Assembly (NCBI RefSeq): GCF_009914755.1
Contig: NC_060932.1
DNA from: the human T2T-CHM13v2.0 reference genome, Homo sapiens
DNA: 64,000 nt
Reading direction: 5' to 3' (one strand)
The first letter of the stretch is position 1. Each line of letters starts with the position of its first letter. Both the position numbers and the translations under genes were made by a program. Under the pieces are notes generated by a model, which worked only from the letters and a program-made list of their open reading frames with translations, made no database searches and had not been told where the DNA came from. This document shows, piece after piece, positions 1 to 13,309 of the stretch.

Positions 1-1000
1 CTACAATACAATGACAATCTAGGAAAGAAAAAATTAGACATGGAGTCAGCCCATGGAAAGATAGCAGGCTACATAAATAATTCTAATGCTTAATGGGCTG
101 TGGAAAGTGCCTTATGAAAGGTACAGCTGAAATACTCTGATGAGAAAGAGAAAATGTAATTACGGTTGAGTCTTGAAGCACCAATACTAGAGATCTGTGA
201 CTGAGTAGCTAGTGACAATAGAGAAGGAACCTAGAAAGTAGGCACAGAATGATCCAAGAGCAGAGAGGGGAATCATAGGTGAGCATCAGGGAATAGAGGA
301 GGCTAATTAGATTGGGACTAGGGGTTCATGTAGATAAGACTTTGAGGAGCTAGAAGAGGACCTCAGACTGAACCCTAAGAACCACTGAATTTTAGGGCCA
401 AAGAGAAACAAAGGGAGGCCACAGAGGAGGCTGTAAAGAATCAGAAAAGAAAGTGAAAAGGTAGGAAAACATGGTATGACAGAAGCCAAAAGAAGGAAAG
501 GTATCAAGTAGAAGACAGTTTCAAACAGTATCAAATGCCAGAGACAAGCAAAGTAAGAACTGAAAAGTGTCCATTGAATTGGGCATTTAGGAGATTATTA
601 GTAAGCTCAGCTAGAGCAGATGTGGTGGAGATGTAAGAATATAAGCATAAATACAATAGATCAGGAATGAAAGGAAGGTGAAAAGGAGATATAGTGAATG
701 GAGATGAAACTTAATAGAGAATGTGACATTCGGTTAGAAGAGAAGACAGAAATGGTAGCATTCAAGGCCTGAAATAAGATGCTCACAGTAAGGAAGAATA
801 CGGAAGGATTCAAAAGTGAGCACAGATGTGAAATGGACAGGATGTGAAGCCACCATAGATTGGCATTTGGCTGAGAGGGAAGGAAGAGGAATTGTGTAGG
901 TTTTTACAGAAAGATGTGCCATTGATAGAAGTAGAAAATTTTAGAAGATGAAGAGAACAAAGAAAGAAAGTAATGGAGTCTTCTTTGGATGATCTCAATC
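1..1000 (-). mobile_element. Degraded L2 LINE fragments
   Basis: Purine-rich with L2-like segments such as 'tcaaatgccagagacaagcaaagtaagaactgaaaagtgtccattgaattgggcatttaggagattatt'. Confidence 0.55.
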
Positions 1001-1374
1001 TGAGGTCCTTTTGAATCTTATTTTCTAGATCAATGGTATCTAAAGTAGAGATTATGCATCTTCAGGCATTCAATATATTCTCTGCTCATTGACAGCTCTG
1101 CAGTGCAGTTTATGTGCTACAATATTGCATGTGGCTAATTTTGTAAAAATTAGAATCTTTATAATACATTTAATGAAACTAGAGTTATCATAAAAATCTT
1201 TTTACAATGCAGAATTACAGAGGTTATCTTGTAATATAGTAGTTAAAAGAGTGGTAAAACAAGAGATGTCACATAAAACTTAAGAGATGTCCTGGGCTTA
1301 ATTTGCTGATTTTTAAAACTTTTTCATAGGACTTCTCTATTTTTACTCATTTCCCAGATTTCTTCAAATTTTAT

Positions 1375-2172
1375 GGCTGAAAATGTCACCTTATATGACT
1401 CCCAAATTTGCATTTCCAGCCTGGACTCCTCCCCAAATCTCAAGTCTTAGATATTCAACCATCTATTCAACATCTCTACTTTAATCAACTAACAAGTATT
1501 CTTTGAGCACTTACTGTATGCCAGGCACTAGTTTTAGCACTTTGAACACAACAGTAACCAGACAGGAATCTCTGCTCCTGTGGATCTTTCATTACAGTGG
1601 AGGGAAACTGAAAATAGACAATATGCATAATAACTAAGCAGAATAGATGGGATGTTCAAAAGTGATAATCATTGAGTAGTAGAGAGGTGGCAAGTGGCTT
1701 AGAAGTGCTCTGGCAGGACCGGGGGCACCAGGTTGAAATATTAAATAGGGTAGTTAGGGTGGTACCTCAATAAAGAAGGTGACATTTGAAGAAAGATTAG
1801 AAAGAGGTGAAAGAGTGTGTAGTATAGAAGAGTCATTGTAAAGCCCCTGAGGTCAAAGCATATCTGGAGAAATCAAGAGAAGTCTGAATTATGGCTGTGG
1901 CAGAGTAAGTGGGGCAAATGGAAATGCTGATTTCCCCCTTGTCTGTCTTCTTTTTCTAAATAGCACTTCTCACCACCTGGAATAAAATGTGTGTTATATT
2001 TGCATGCATTTTTTTTTCATTTTTTAATTTTATATCTCTGTTTACCTACTTCTCCAGAATGTGAGCCCTATAATAGAAATTTATCAGTTTTAGTTTGCTG
2101 CTGTATTTCCAATGGCTAAAAAGTATCTTGCATGTAGTAGAAACTCAATAAATATTTGTTGAGTGAATGAAT
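1375..2172. mobile_element. L2 cluster: plus-strand pieces (~1375-1482, ~1935-2172 with L2 3' end) around a minus-strand L2a 3' piece (~1483-1920)
   Basis: L2 3'-terminal motifs 'ctcaataaatatttgttgagtgaatgaat' (+) and 'aacaagtattctttgagcacttactgtatgccaggcact' (-). Confidence 0.7.
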
Positions 2173-2192
2173 ATATTAAAAAGAATATAGCA

Positions 2193-2369
2193 TCTACTAA
2201 AAATACAAAAAATTAGCCAGGTGTGGTGACGGGAACCTGTAGTCCCAGCTACTCGGGCTGAGGCAGGAGAATGGCGTGAACCCGGGAGGCGGAGCTTGCA
2301 GCCTAGATAGCACCACTGCACTCCAGCCTGGGCAACAGAGCGAGACTCTGTCTCAAAAAAAAAAAAAAA
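2193..2369 (+). mobile_element. 5'-truncated AluY-like element (right arm) with TSD
   Basis: 'ggagaatggcgtgaacccgggaggcggagcttgca', A-tail, and TSD aaaaagaatatagca (2178-2192) / aaaaagaacatagca (2365-2379). Confidence 0.93.
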
Positions 2370-4216
2370 GAACATAGCAATACAATATGCTTGTATCTCC
2401 CTATATTTACGTATCTTTTGATTTAAGGGAGCAAAAATTTGGGTGTTCTTGTAATCAGACAGAGAACAGGGAACAAATAATTTACATATTTTTAAATGAA
2501 TATGAAGGTTTCATAAAGTCTGGAAGGCTAAAGAGCAAAACCACAAATATATAAATATTAACAGAGGATAAATCTGGGCAATATAATTTGGGTTTTTTTA
2601 ATTTGCTTTTGTATTTTTTGAATAATGAACATATAATTGTATGTTAAAGAGTAACAAAACTATATATAATTTTATCTATCTATCTATCTGCATATACATA
2701 CGATCTAAACCTGTGATCGGCTGAATTGATTTGAACTTTTAAAGTAGAAACAAGTGGGTCAGTGTATGTGAGCCTTGCTTTGGGATCTTATTATAATTTT
2801 TGGTTGAGTAGACTATAATTGTGGTGTACCTCCACAAGCCACAATTTAATGAACCTGGAGCCTCATTTCTAGGACCAAAGAGAATTGGGAACCTGGAGCT
2901 CGATAATGCTGTTTTGTTTCATTAAATGTTCTTACTGTCTGTGTGGAAATAAATGTGACTTGTCCCTGACAGATGATAAAAGGCAGCAGACATCATTAGT
3001 GTCCATCACATGATTCCTGACACCTACCAGAGAAAGGGCCTCTTGCTCATGATCAGAAGTAAAATCTTTCTACCGATTGATTTGAAATTGCTTCTTAACT
3101 TCAATGTTCAGATCTAGCCATGAAACCAAGAGTGGTTTCCTATTCCAACCTTAAAAACCTTCTTCTGAGGTTTTAAATCATTTCAGCTCTGTATTTCAGG
3201 GTGTTTCAATGACAGCCATGTTCACAAAGGAAGGAGGCTCCATGGAATGCTTTATTAGAATTTCAAAAAAGTGCCATCTCTCGAACTGCTCATTACCAGG
3301 AGCAACCTGATGCCAAGCAATTTATGATTATTAAAACATATAATTTGCATTTAAATTAAATGAATTAATAAATAGCAGAGATTAAAATAATGTGTTCTAT
3401 TTTCTTATTGTTTGTTGCCTTAATTTTTACACATGCTAAAATAAAGAATAAAATTTATGGGTCTTCATTTGTTTTTGTTTTTTTTTTTTTGTATAGAGTA
3501 GGTATAGAGAAAAATAAGAATTGGAGAAATTAGTCTGTATTTTTCCAGATTTTTCATGAGAATATGTTCTTAAATGCATGTTTTCCTCAAAATATGGCTG
3601 CTTTAAAAAAGAACTATATTTATTTGTTTTAGAAGATATTTCTCAATATTTTCAATGTAAGAAACTTTCAAAGAACATGAATAACCGAAATGCTTTGCTT
3701 CCAGTTTCTTATATAAAATACTTTCAATATATAATAATCTTAACATCGAATAATTAATATTTATTGAGAAACTATCATATGTAAGTTATTATACCAGACA
3801 GTATGGTGAAAATCAAAAGTATAAGACCCCCCCTTTACATAAAGTATTGAGTTCAATTATGGATATACAACTTAAGGCCTCAAAAAACTTTTTAAATGCA
3901 AAACATAAAAATTCTATAAGAAACAATTCCAAGGTGATTTTACTGCATATAGTCAACCTGGAAAGCAATCGATTCAAAAACTCTCTTTCCAAGTAAATTC
4001 TGAGACTGGGAAAAACGGTGCCCTCCTGAACCTGAATCTCTCCTCAAGTCCTCCCTGCAGATTATATCAAAAAACAGTGCAGATGAAATTACAAGTGATT
4101 CAAGACTTTAGTATTACCAGGAAATAGAAAATCCTATGAACATCAGTTTGTCTATAAATACAGATATAAATGTCACATCACAACAAACCTCCTGACATAA
4201 CTGTCAGCTTGTGGGT

Positions 4217-4299
4217 GAAGAAGAAAGAAAGAAGAAGAGAGAGAGAAAGAGAGAAAGAGAGAAAGAAAAGAAAAGAAAAGAAAAGAAAAGAAAGAAGGA

Positions 4300-4367
<68 letters not shown>

Positions 4368-4369
4368 AA
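4217..4369 (+). repeat. Compound (GA)n/(GAAAA)n/(GAAA)n microsatellite
   Basis: ~150 bp pure purine tract seen directly. Confidence 0.98.
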
Positions 4370-5798
4370 CTTAAGACACATCATAAAAATGTAGAGCACA
4401 TAGACGAGGCACAGACCCCAGAGAAAGGAAGTACAATACTAAGTGGAAAAACTCTGGGTATGGTATCTTGTAGTTCACAACACTTGGTATAGGAAAGATG
4501 TTTAAAAGTGAGTAGTATTAAAGCAGCCAGTAGCTTTGTAAAGCATTCCTTCTTAGAAAGAATCATAAAAGTAGAGAGAGAATTATGTCCTGATGATGTA
4601 GGAGAAATAAGAAAGAAGAAGAGGAGATAATTGAGGATCTTTCAGAAATTAAACAGTAACAGGTCATGCCAGTTCTTTGCTTCTCCCCTACCACAATGAC
4701 ATTCATTAAAGAAATGGCCTCACTATACTGACAGAAGCAGGGATTTCTGGGCTGAGAATCCTACCCCTACCCCCAAAATGCCCAGGAATAGGAAAAAAAG
4801 AAAAAAAAAAAGCCAATGACATACAGAGCTAATGGAAGAAGAAAACAGAAAATTTAAGTCAAAATACTTCGGACACTGAAATGTTATTTATCAAAAAAGA
4901 AGAAAACTGCCACAAAACCAAAGAATAGTCTAACACAATTTTTTTTTAGTTCAGCTTAATTTCAAGTTTAATTAAAAAAATCTCAAACAAGCTTTTGGAA
5001 ATTAGATATAGATATGTAGATATCAATATGGATATAAATATAAACTAGAATCAGAAATTTAAAACAAAGAATATAAGTGGAAAAAAAGAGGAAGTAATGC
5101 AATAAAAGTTGATTGATCTTAGTAAAGAAATTGGAGGAAAAGACAAGTCCATTTCAGAAATAAAAGATAAATTAAAAGATACCCCAGATTTATAACAGAT
5201 TCTACTGAAAGTTTAATAAGGGACTTTGAAGAAAAGCAGAAAAACAACAAAGAGAATAAAAATGAGATAAATAAATAAAAGGGTCAAAGAAAAGATGCTT
5301 GAAATGGAAGATATGCAAAAAATGTTTAACACACATATAATTGAAGTCTGGAGAAAAATTAAACAGTCTAATATAACTGATATATAAAACTATAATCTTA
5401 AAAATCAGAACCAAAAAAACTTATTTTTACATATTTTATGGCCCCACTGTATGCATGGAAAACTCAAAAGTAAGAAAGTCTGAGATGGCTCCTAGAAAAC
5501 AACTAGAATTTAAAGAAAAAAAAAATCACTGAAGGTAAACAGGCAATAAGATCAAGTTACTTACAAGGGTGAAAAATTAAACTGCAGAGAAAGCAGAATA
5601 AGATTATTGGCTGTTTTATAAGTAAAAGATGAGAGTAAAAGGGTATAATGTAAGATTTACAGTCCACATAGTAAAAGGTAATTTATAAAAAAAAAAAAGT
5701 ATATTAAGGGCAATAAAAGTATAAATACTAAAGTAACCATTAGAATAAAATTACCCACTTTCAAAAACACCAAAATGTTTTTTAAATAGCAAAGAAGC

Positions 5799-5886
5799 AC
5801 TAAACAGAGAAACACAGTATATATAACAAAATACAGTATACATATATATACTAAACAGAGAAACACAGTATATATAACAAAATACA
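5799..5886 (+). repeat. 37-bp exact direct repeat x2 (period 51)
   Basis: actaaacagagaaacacagtatatataacaaaataca at 5799-5835 and 5850-5886. Confidence 0.92.
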
Positions 5887-6690
5887 AATAGTAGCAGCAA
5901 CATAAACTTATGTATAGAATTGATACCAACATATCAGCCACATCAAAAAGAATAGGTTTAATTCATCTGTTGCAAGGAAAATTTTCAAATTGGCTCATAG
6001 AGCAAATCCCAACTTTATTTTCTATGTGAGGGGCAGACAATATACACTGATTCGACAAGGCCAAAATTACAGGGATGGGAAAGGATATAGCAGGAAAATT
6101 AAACAATAAAACAGGAAGAACTGCAATATTCATATAAGAAAAAGCAGAATTCAGGCCAAAGGCCTTAAGGATACTCTATAACGCTTAAAGCTGCAATTCA
6201 AAGATGTAACAGTTATGAATATCAACACAGCAAATAACAGAGTCACCACTTCGAAAAGCACAAACTACAAAAGATGCAAGGAGAAAAAAACATAATAAAA
6301 GAAGACTTTAAAATATGACTCTCAGTAGAAACAAGTCAAATGAAAAAAAATAAGTGAGGATATAGAAGATCTATAAAGCATAATAAGTCTGATTTTTTAT
6401 ATCAAAACTGGACAATATTCCTTATAATAGACTGTACCTCCTTCTTCAGTATGAATCATTCCCATAAACTGATCACATATTAGGTCAAATAGAAAACATC
6501 AGCAAACCTCATAAAACAGAAATATTGCAAGCAACTCTAATTACACTATGGTAAAATTTAAACTTAAAAATTAAATTTTAAACATAAAGCTCTTCTACCT
6601 GTAAGTATACGTATATGTGTGTTTGTATAAATAAAAATAAAATATATTTTACATAATATAAAACTTTCTATTAAAGAACTCTTGGATAAA

Positions 6691-6707
6691 ACACATACAT
6701 ATATAAA

Positions 6708-6744
<37 letters not shown>

Positions 6745-6748
6745 CACA
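6691..6748 (+). repeat. (CA)n(TA)n microsatellite
   Basis: Seen directly. Confidence 0.95.
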
Positions 6749-8679
6749 AATATATGTGTACCTTCTTATTAAATGACACTTGGATAAAAGGGAAAATCCA
6801 AACAAAAATTACAGAATTTCTGAATAATGAATTTCTGAAATAAACTAAAACAGATATATGAAAGGATATTTAACATCTTAAAACATCTAGATCAGTAAAA
6901 TAAAATAATTTTAAAATGTAAATTACATTTGCAACTTAAGAAAATAAAAATGTGGTAAAATACTAAAACCACGAAAAGCACACAGTAGGTTAAAAACCAT
7001 AAAAATATTAAATCAAAAAATAAAAATCTTTATTCTTTGGAAATAATAAACAAAAACCACTAGATAAATTAATCAAGAAAAGGTGAGAAAATCCAAATAT
7101 ACAACATAAGAATGACAAGGGAAAATAATTATTGATACAGATAAAATGTTTTAAATAAAAAGAGAATACTTTTCTAAGCTAGTAAGAGACTACTTTTCTT
7201 AGTGATAACTTGAAGACCTCAGTGAGATAGATAATTTCTTAGGAAAATACAACTTACGAAAATTAACCTCAGTAGAAATACAAATTTAAATAGGCCAATT
7301 CCCAAGGAAGAAAGAGAGAAAATATCAAAGAAGCACTTCACAAAATAACAAGACATAGATGACTTTTCTTAGGTAGAAGTAACACATCATAAATTGATTC
7401 AGAGTGTATATAGTGAAGAAAAACTCCTAAATTCTTTTTATAAAACAAGTGCAACATTGGTGCTTACTTCTGAAAAATATATCACAAAAAATTAAGGAAC
7501 AATATCATATATGAATTTGATGCAAAAATGAAAAATAATTAGCAGACACACCTCTGCATAAAAAAGTAACACAGCAAGGCAGGTAAAATTGATACCAGTA
7601 ATGCAAGGATAGTACAATATTACAAAATGTATCCCTATAGTGGGACTTTCACATAGAAAAATAATGTGATTATTTCCATAGATGCTGAAATATATGATGA
7701 AAACATTCAACAACTATTTTAGTAAAACAGAGAATAGAAATGTATGGATACTTCTTTAACGTAAACATACACTGGATATATATATTCATGCATTTATTTT
7801 ATGTATTCATGAATTATATGTAAATTATGTATTTATATATTATGTACTACATATTTATATAAAATATATAAATACAGATTTATACATGTAAAATTTTATT
7901 AATTATATTACTCATATACAATTATATATTCACTTATTTGTATATTATATAATTGTATATAATTTTATAAATTATAAATATGATAAATTATATATGTGAC
8001 TTGATAATTTGAAAACTTATAATCCATTTTGTATTTTATATAATTGATAAATAACTAATTATATACCATTGACTAGATATATGTATCTATTCCCCCCGAT
8101 CCCACCCCACACACACATAGGCACACACACAATCAGTCCTAAAGTAAAGCCAGATTTTTATTTAGTAGTAAAACACAGTAATTCTTAGTAAGGTCAGGAG
8201 TAATGATGGCCACTATCTCTATAATCATTAACATTATGTTGATGGCACTAATTACTCAATGTTCTTAGATAAGCGGTAACAATTAATGACATAAAAATTG
8301 GAAAGGAACAACTTACATTATTTATTTACAGATGACAGGATAGCACATTTGGAAATCCATAGAGAATCAATGGAAAAACTATGTGTAACAATAATTTGGC
8401 AGTATAAGGTATAAAATACATTATTCATTCAGTTATTTGCTCAAAATAACTTAGGTAGAAAGTCAGTCCATGCCTCATGATGGTGGTAGATAAATAATAA
8501 ACCAGCACATAAAATATGACTATGTCAGATGGTAATATCGCTACAGAGAAATATAAAACAGTTAAAGAGGACTAGGAAGGCCCAGAATGTTTGGGAATTT
8601 GCAATTTTAAATGGGGGATAGGTTAGGCCTCACTAAGAAGACGACACTTGCATGAAGACTTGCAGGATATGGCATGAAC

Positions 8680-10260
8680 AAGATTGAGATGCTCACCATC
8701 AACATTTCTGTCCAATAAGGTACTGAACTTATTAGATCAAACTCTAAGGATGGAAGAAAATAAACAATACTAGAGATGGAAAGTAAGAAACAAAATTATC
8801 ATTACTTGAATGCATTGTTATGTCCTCATACAAAATTCAAAAGAATCTTCTGGCTAATTATTAGAATTAATAACTTAGTTAATAATACTATTTTTATAAC
8901 ATTAGAAATCCTTTGTATTTCCATACACTAGCAACAAATAGGTAATATAGTTTAAAAATAAATATTTACCACATGTAAATATTAAAAGTAATCTATGAAT
9001 AACTCTAACAAAAAGTTACAAGACTTTCATGAAGAAACTTCTAAAGCTTTGCTTAAATAATTTTTTTAAAAAGACCTAATTAATTAGGGAAAGGTACCAT
9101 TTTCACTGTGCTGGAGGTTGAATATATTAAATGTGACAATTGTCACCAAGTTGATTTAATGGAGTTTCAGTAAAAATTTTTTAGCAGGGTTTGTCAGGGA
9201 ACTAGAAACACTATTTCCAATATTTGATAGAAGTTTAAACAATCACAAATAACCAAGTCACTTCTGCAGAATGAGGTGGTGGACTAGCCCTATAATATTA
9301 AGACCATTATAGCAGTGCAGTTATTAAGACAATGTGGTGATTACACAGAGATAAACAATGAAATATTTGGATCATGAGCCAGAATACAGAGTCCAGATAA
9401 CAGCATCTATACTTGATGTTTGACTGAGGTGGGAAAGGGGGTCAGTATGGAAAGGAGGGGGCAACTCAAATAAATGGTACTGGGACAAGAAACATAGAAC
9501 ATGAATGTGACAGGTGGCAAGAAGTGCTCGAGAGACAATTAAAGCAGGGTAAAGGGGGATGTCCCAGGGTGGGTGAAGAAGTTATGATTTTACCCTGGGT
9601 AATTAGGGTAGGCCTCACTGAGCTAGTAGTAGGCCAATGGAAAAAAGTTAAACCTCACACCATGTACAAAATCAATGCCAGATGAGATTAAAGACTTAAG
9701 TGTAAGAGCAAAAGCACTGTAAGAAAAAATATAAACATATTTTCATGACCCTGGGGCAAGAAGCCTTCCTTTAAATCTCAATAATTGTTTAAAATGACAA
9801 ACATTGATGTGTTTGATTACATTAAAATCAGGAACTTTATTAATAGATACCACAAAGAAAGTGAAAATAGAAGACACAATCTCTAATAGTATATTTGTGA
9901 CACACAAATACACACTTGAAACCCTGAAGATTAGTACTAGAATATACAGATATAAGTAATTCTTACTCATTTTTAAGACACAAAAAATTTTTAAATGTGC
10001 AATAAATGTGAACAGAGCTTTCAGAGAGAAAATATAAATAGATAAAGTATACTGAAAGATGTTCAATTTCAACAGTAATAAAGAAAATAAAAATTTTTAA
10101 ATGAAATATCTTTATACACACTTCAAAATGGCAAAAATTAAAATAGCCAAGCAATACCAAATGTTGGTAAGCTGGGCTCTGGATACATGGGTATTCATTT
10201 TATTATTTCACTGACATATAGATATATATACAATATATGCATCTTTTATATGTGAATCAT
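8680..10260 (+). mobile_element. Second old L1 (L1ME-like) ORF2 3' part/3' end, with L2 fragments at ~8420-8680 and ~9500-9630
   Basis: L1 phrases 'acctcacaccatgtacaaaatcaatgccagatgagattaaagacttaagtgtaagag' and 'gtttgattacattaaaatcaggaactt'. L2 phrase 'agggtaggcctcactgag'. Confidence 0.65.
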
Positions 10261-10384
10261 TTCAGATTACAAAATGAAGAGAAAACGGAGATCAGACATG
10301 ATTAGTGCATCCATGAAAAAGTTACGCGGTAAAGTTTCAAAAACTAAGAATTAAATATTGATTTCTAAGGCATTATTTAGCTAT

Positions 10385-10705
10385 TGTATTAGTCCATTCT
10401 CACACTGCTATAAAGACATCTCGAGACTGAGTAACTTATAAAGAAACGAGGTTTAACTGACTCACAGTTCCGCATGGCTGAGGAGGCCTCAGGAAACTTA
10501 CAATCATGGCGGAAGGAGAAGACGCACATTTCACATAGCAGCAGGGAAATGCATGTGTCAGCGGCAGGAAAAACTTCCATTTATAAAACCATCAGATCTC
10601 GCGAGAATTCACTGACCTTCACGAGAGCAGCAGGGGGAAAACCGCAGTCACTTCCCACCAGGTCTCTCCCTCAACATCTGGGGATTGCAATTCAAGATGA
10701 AATAT
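10385..10705 (-). mobile_element. MaLR solo LTR (THE1D/MSTA-like), missing ~25 bp of its 5' end
   Basis: Begins tgtattagtcc (reverse complement of the LTR end ggactaataca) and contains 'ctcacagttccgcatggctgaggaggcctcaggaaacttacaatcatggcggaagg'. Confidence 0.93.
10580..10606 (-). promoter_or_regulatory. TCTCGCGAGA palindrome (10597-10606; BANP/CGCG element) 11 bp upstream of the LTR TATA box (TATAAA, 10585-10580)
   Basis: Motifs seen directly. Function is inferred. Confidence 0.5.
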
Positions 10706-11148
10706 TAGGTATTAAAAAATCCTACATTATAAAAGGTATTAAAAAACTGCATTAGGAGTTTTGTCTTAGAGTGTGTCTAAAATTTCTTGAAAAAACACTA
10801 GCTTATTTATTTGATAAAAGCAACATCTTAAAGTCTTTCCTCCTTTCTTTTGAAAACAAAACAAAGTTGCAGTACCACTAGGGATGTGACCAGCAAGGTG
10901 GGTTAAATGCAGACATCGCTCATCTTTACATGTGATGTCCCCATCTCTCACAAGCACGGTAGTCAGTATAGGAATTGAATCAACAAACAGTATAGAATTA
11001 AGAGTGCTTGGACAAAAAATAAAATACAATGCCTCTAATAAAAGACTCAAAGTAACTGAAAAGAAAGTCTCATTCTACTCTTCCCGATTTCCACATTATA
11101 TTCACTGGAATTGTTCCATAGTTTTCACTTAATTTCACAGTGCTAGGA

Positions 11149-11372
11149 CAGTGATTCTCTACAGATAGGGGTGATTCTGGACCCCACAGACATTTGAAAA
11201 TGCCTGGAAACATCTTTGGTTCTGATAACAGGCAGGAGAGGTACTGCTGGCATCTAGCTGCATGCTAGCATCCAGTGATGCAGCTAAACATTCTACAATG
11301 CACAGGGTAGACACCCACAACAAATAATTATCTGGCCTCAAATGCCAATAATGCCAACATCAAGAAACTCTG
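11149..11372 (+). mobile_element. MER20 (hAT-Charlie DNA transposon), full length
   Basis: Termini cagtgattctc...aagaaactctg, internal 'ctaaacattctacaatgcacagg', degenerate 8-bp TSD tgctagga/ttctaggg. Confidence 0.88.
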
Positions 11373-11394
11373 TTCTAGGGAATGAAGTATAGTA

Positions 11395-11775
11395 TTAGTT
11401 ATTCAAAAATATTTACTGTGTGCCTATTATGGGTCTGGAACAATGTTTGGCATCAGAGATACAGCAGTACAAGCCAGAGTTCCTTTCTTAAGGAACTTAG
11501 AGTCCAGTGGGAGAATCACACAAATAAATTGATAACTATTGTGAAATAAATAAAGTCAAGTGTGGCTTTCTCTACTTGGAATACCGTCTCATCCTTTTTT
11601 TTTTTTTTTCTGTTTGATGAAACAATCACCATCTCTCAAGATTACATCATAAGAACAGGAGTATGTTGTGTTTTTGTTTTTAAGGTTCACTGATTTGTTG
11701 CAAGCACAAAGGACAGTGACTAGCATGTCGCAAGTGCTCAATAAGTATATTTCTTGAATGAACAATGAATAAACT
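11395..11775. mobile_element. Two L2 3' fragments in opposite orientations
   Basis: 'ttattcaaaaatatttactgtgtgcctattatgggtctggaac' (-) and 'gtgctcaataagtatatttcttgaatgaacaatgaat' (+). Confidence 0.65.
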
Positions 11776-12059
11776 CAAGTATCAGTTCCTTTTTGAAGTG
11801 TTCTTTAATTTTTCAGTGAATAAAGCAGACCCATCTTTTTCCATAGTACTTTTGCTGTGGAATTGTGACAGATGACATATTAGCATCTAGAAGGGCAAGA
11901 GTTATCGGACAAATAAATATAGAATGAATGAGTGAATACTGAATAAACGAATATAGAATGTAACGGAAACTAGCAGACAGATCTACTAGGTATATGGACT
12001 CAAGTTGTAGTTCAACAAAACATTTTCCTTCTAGTCCTCCCATAAGTTAAACACACAGA

Positions 12060-13300
12060 GACCAGTATCTTTAAACAAAATAGAATTGCATCACATTAAT
12101 ATTTTATAACTGCTTTTTCACCTACTCCTAAATTGGATATTTACATCACTTTCACTTTTTTGGTCATAAACAGTGATGCGGTTAATACATTTTTGCATAC
12201 TACTGTCATTGTCACATATAGACGAATTTCTAAAGTATATATGAAATGTAAAGCTTTTGAAACATAAGTGCGTTCCAGAAAGTGTGTGAGATTATCATTC
12301 CCTCAAGCAGTGAATGAAAGAGATTGTTTCTTCACATCCTTAATTAACACTGAGTACCAGGCTGCATGTTAGATTTTAATTTAATGTGTTATAATCCAAC
12401 AGTATTCCCTTTATGATTTCTAACTCATGAATCAACGCCTAGAAATAATTTTCCTTACAAAATGATTCTAAAAACGTCTACCTATAATTTCTTCTAATAC
12501 TTTTTATGGTTTCATTTTTTATATAGAAATCATAAATTCCACCAGAATTCATCTTGTTTTAAGTCATGATATAGGCATCTTTTAATTTCTAAAAGGATAC
12601 TAAATTGTTCCAATACATTTAATTAATCTATCTTTCCATCTGCATGACATACATAATGCATTAAATGAATATTTATATTTAGATCTGTTTCTGGACACTG
12701 CATTTTTTTCTGTTGATCTGTCTACTTTTCATTGACTATGACATTATTTTAGTTACTATAACTTTATAATATACTTTAATATATTGCAGATCAAGTTTCC
12801 CTTTTCTGTTTACAAAATAGAGGAAAATTTACATTTGTACAATGTTGAACCTTCCTATCCATGGAGACAGTTGGTGTCTTTTCAATTAAAACTTCATTAT
12901 GTTATCTTGTAGAGCTTTTTTTTCAATGAACACTCATACATTTCTGCTCATTTTTTCTACATAGTCCATAATTTTAATTGCAATGGTGAAACACGTTTTT
13001 CTATTATGATATTTAACTAATTATTCTAATTATTGTGTTAATATAGAGAACAATAAAACTATTGATTATTACATACTTATTATCTAAAGAAATATGTTAT
13101 ATAAATCTTATACAATATTTTCTTAGTTTTCTAGTCAACCACATAATCTTAAAATTTTAGTTTTTTCCATTTTTTGCCATATTTATTATTTATTCCTGCT
13201 GTCTTAAAAACTGAATTACACTGGCTATCACTTTCAGAAAAATGTATAACAATGTAAAAGCATTAAACTCATGATTTTAATGAGAATACTTCTAATATTA
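12060..13300 (-). mobile_element. Old L1ME-like ORF2 fragment, antisense
   Basis: T-rich, with 'gatctgtttctggacactg' and 'ttgtacaatgttgaaccttcctatccatggag'. Confidence 0.65.
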
Positions 13301-13309
13301 AGCATGATA

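Larger units (their letters stand above)
3940..8420 (+). mobile_element. Old, highly diverged L1M (5' region/ORF1/ORF2 remnants) with embedded simple repeats
   Basis: A-rich plus strand with L1 ORF2-like phrases (e.g. 'gataatttcttaggaaaatacaactta', 'ccagtaatgcaaggatagtacaatatt', 'ttccatagatgctgaaa'). No intact ORF. Confidence 0.7.

Noticed and set aside
4170-4492. K/E/R-rich and F/L/S-rich ORFs
   Set aside because: Translations of the (GAAA)n microsatellite.
5799-5886. Repeat-spacer-repeat pattern reminiscent of CRISPR
   Set aside because: Only two copies, a TA-rich 14-nt spacer, inside an L1 remnant in primate DNA, and no cas genes. It is a simple local duplication.
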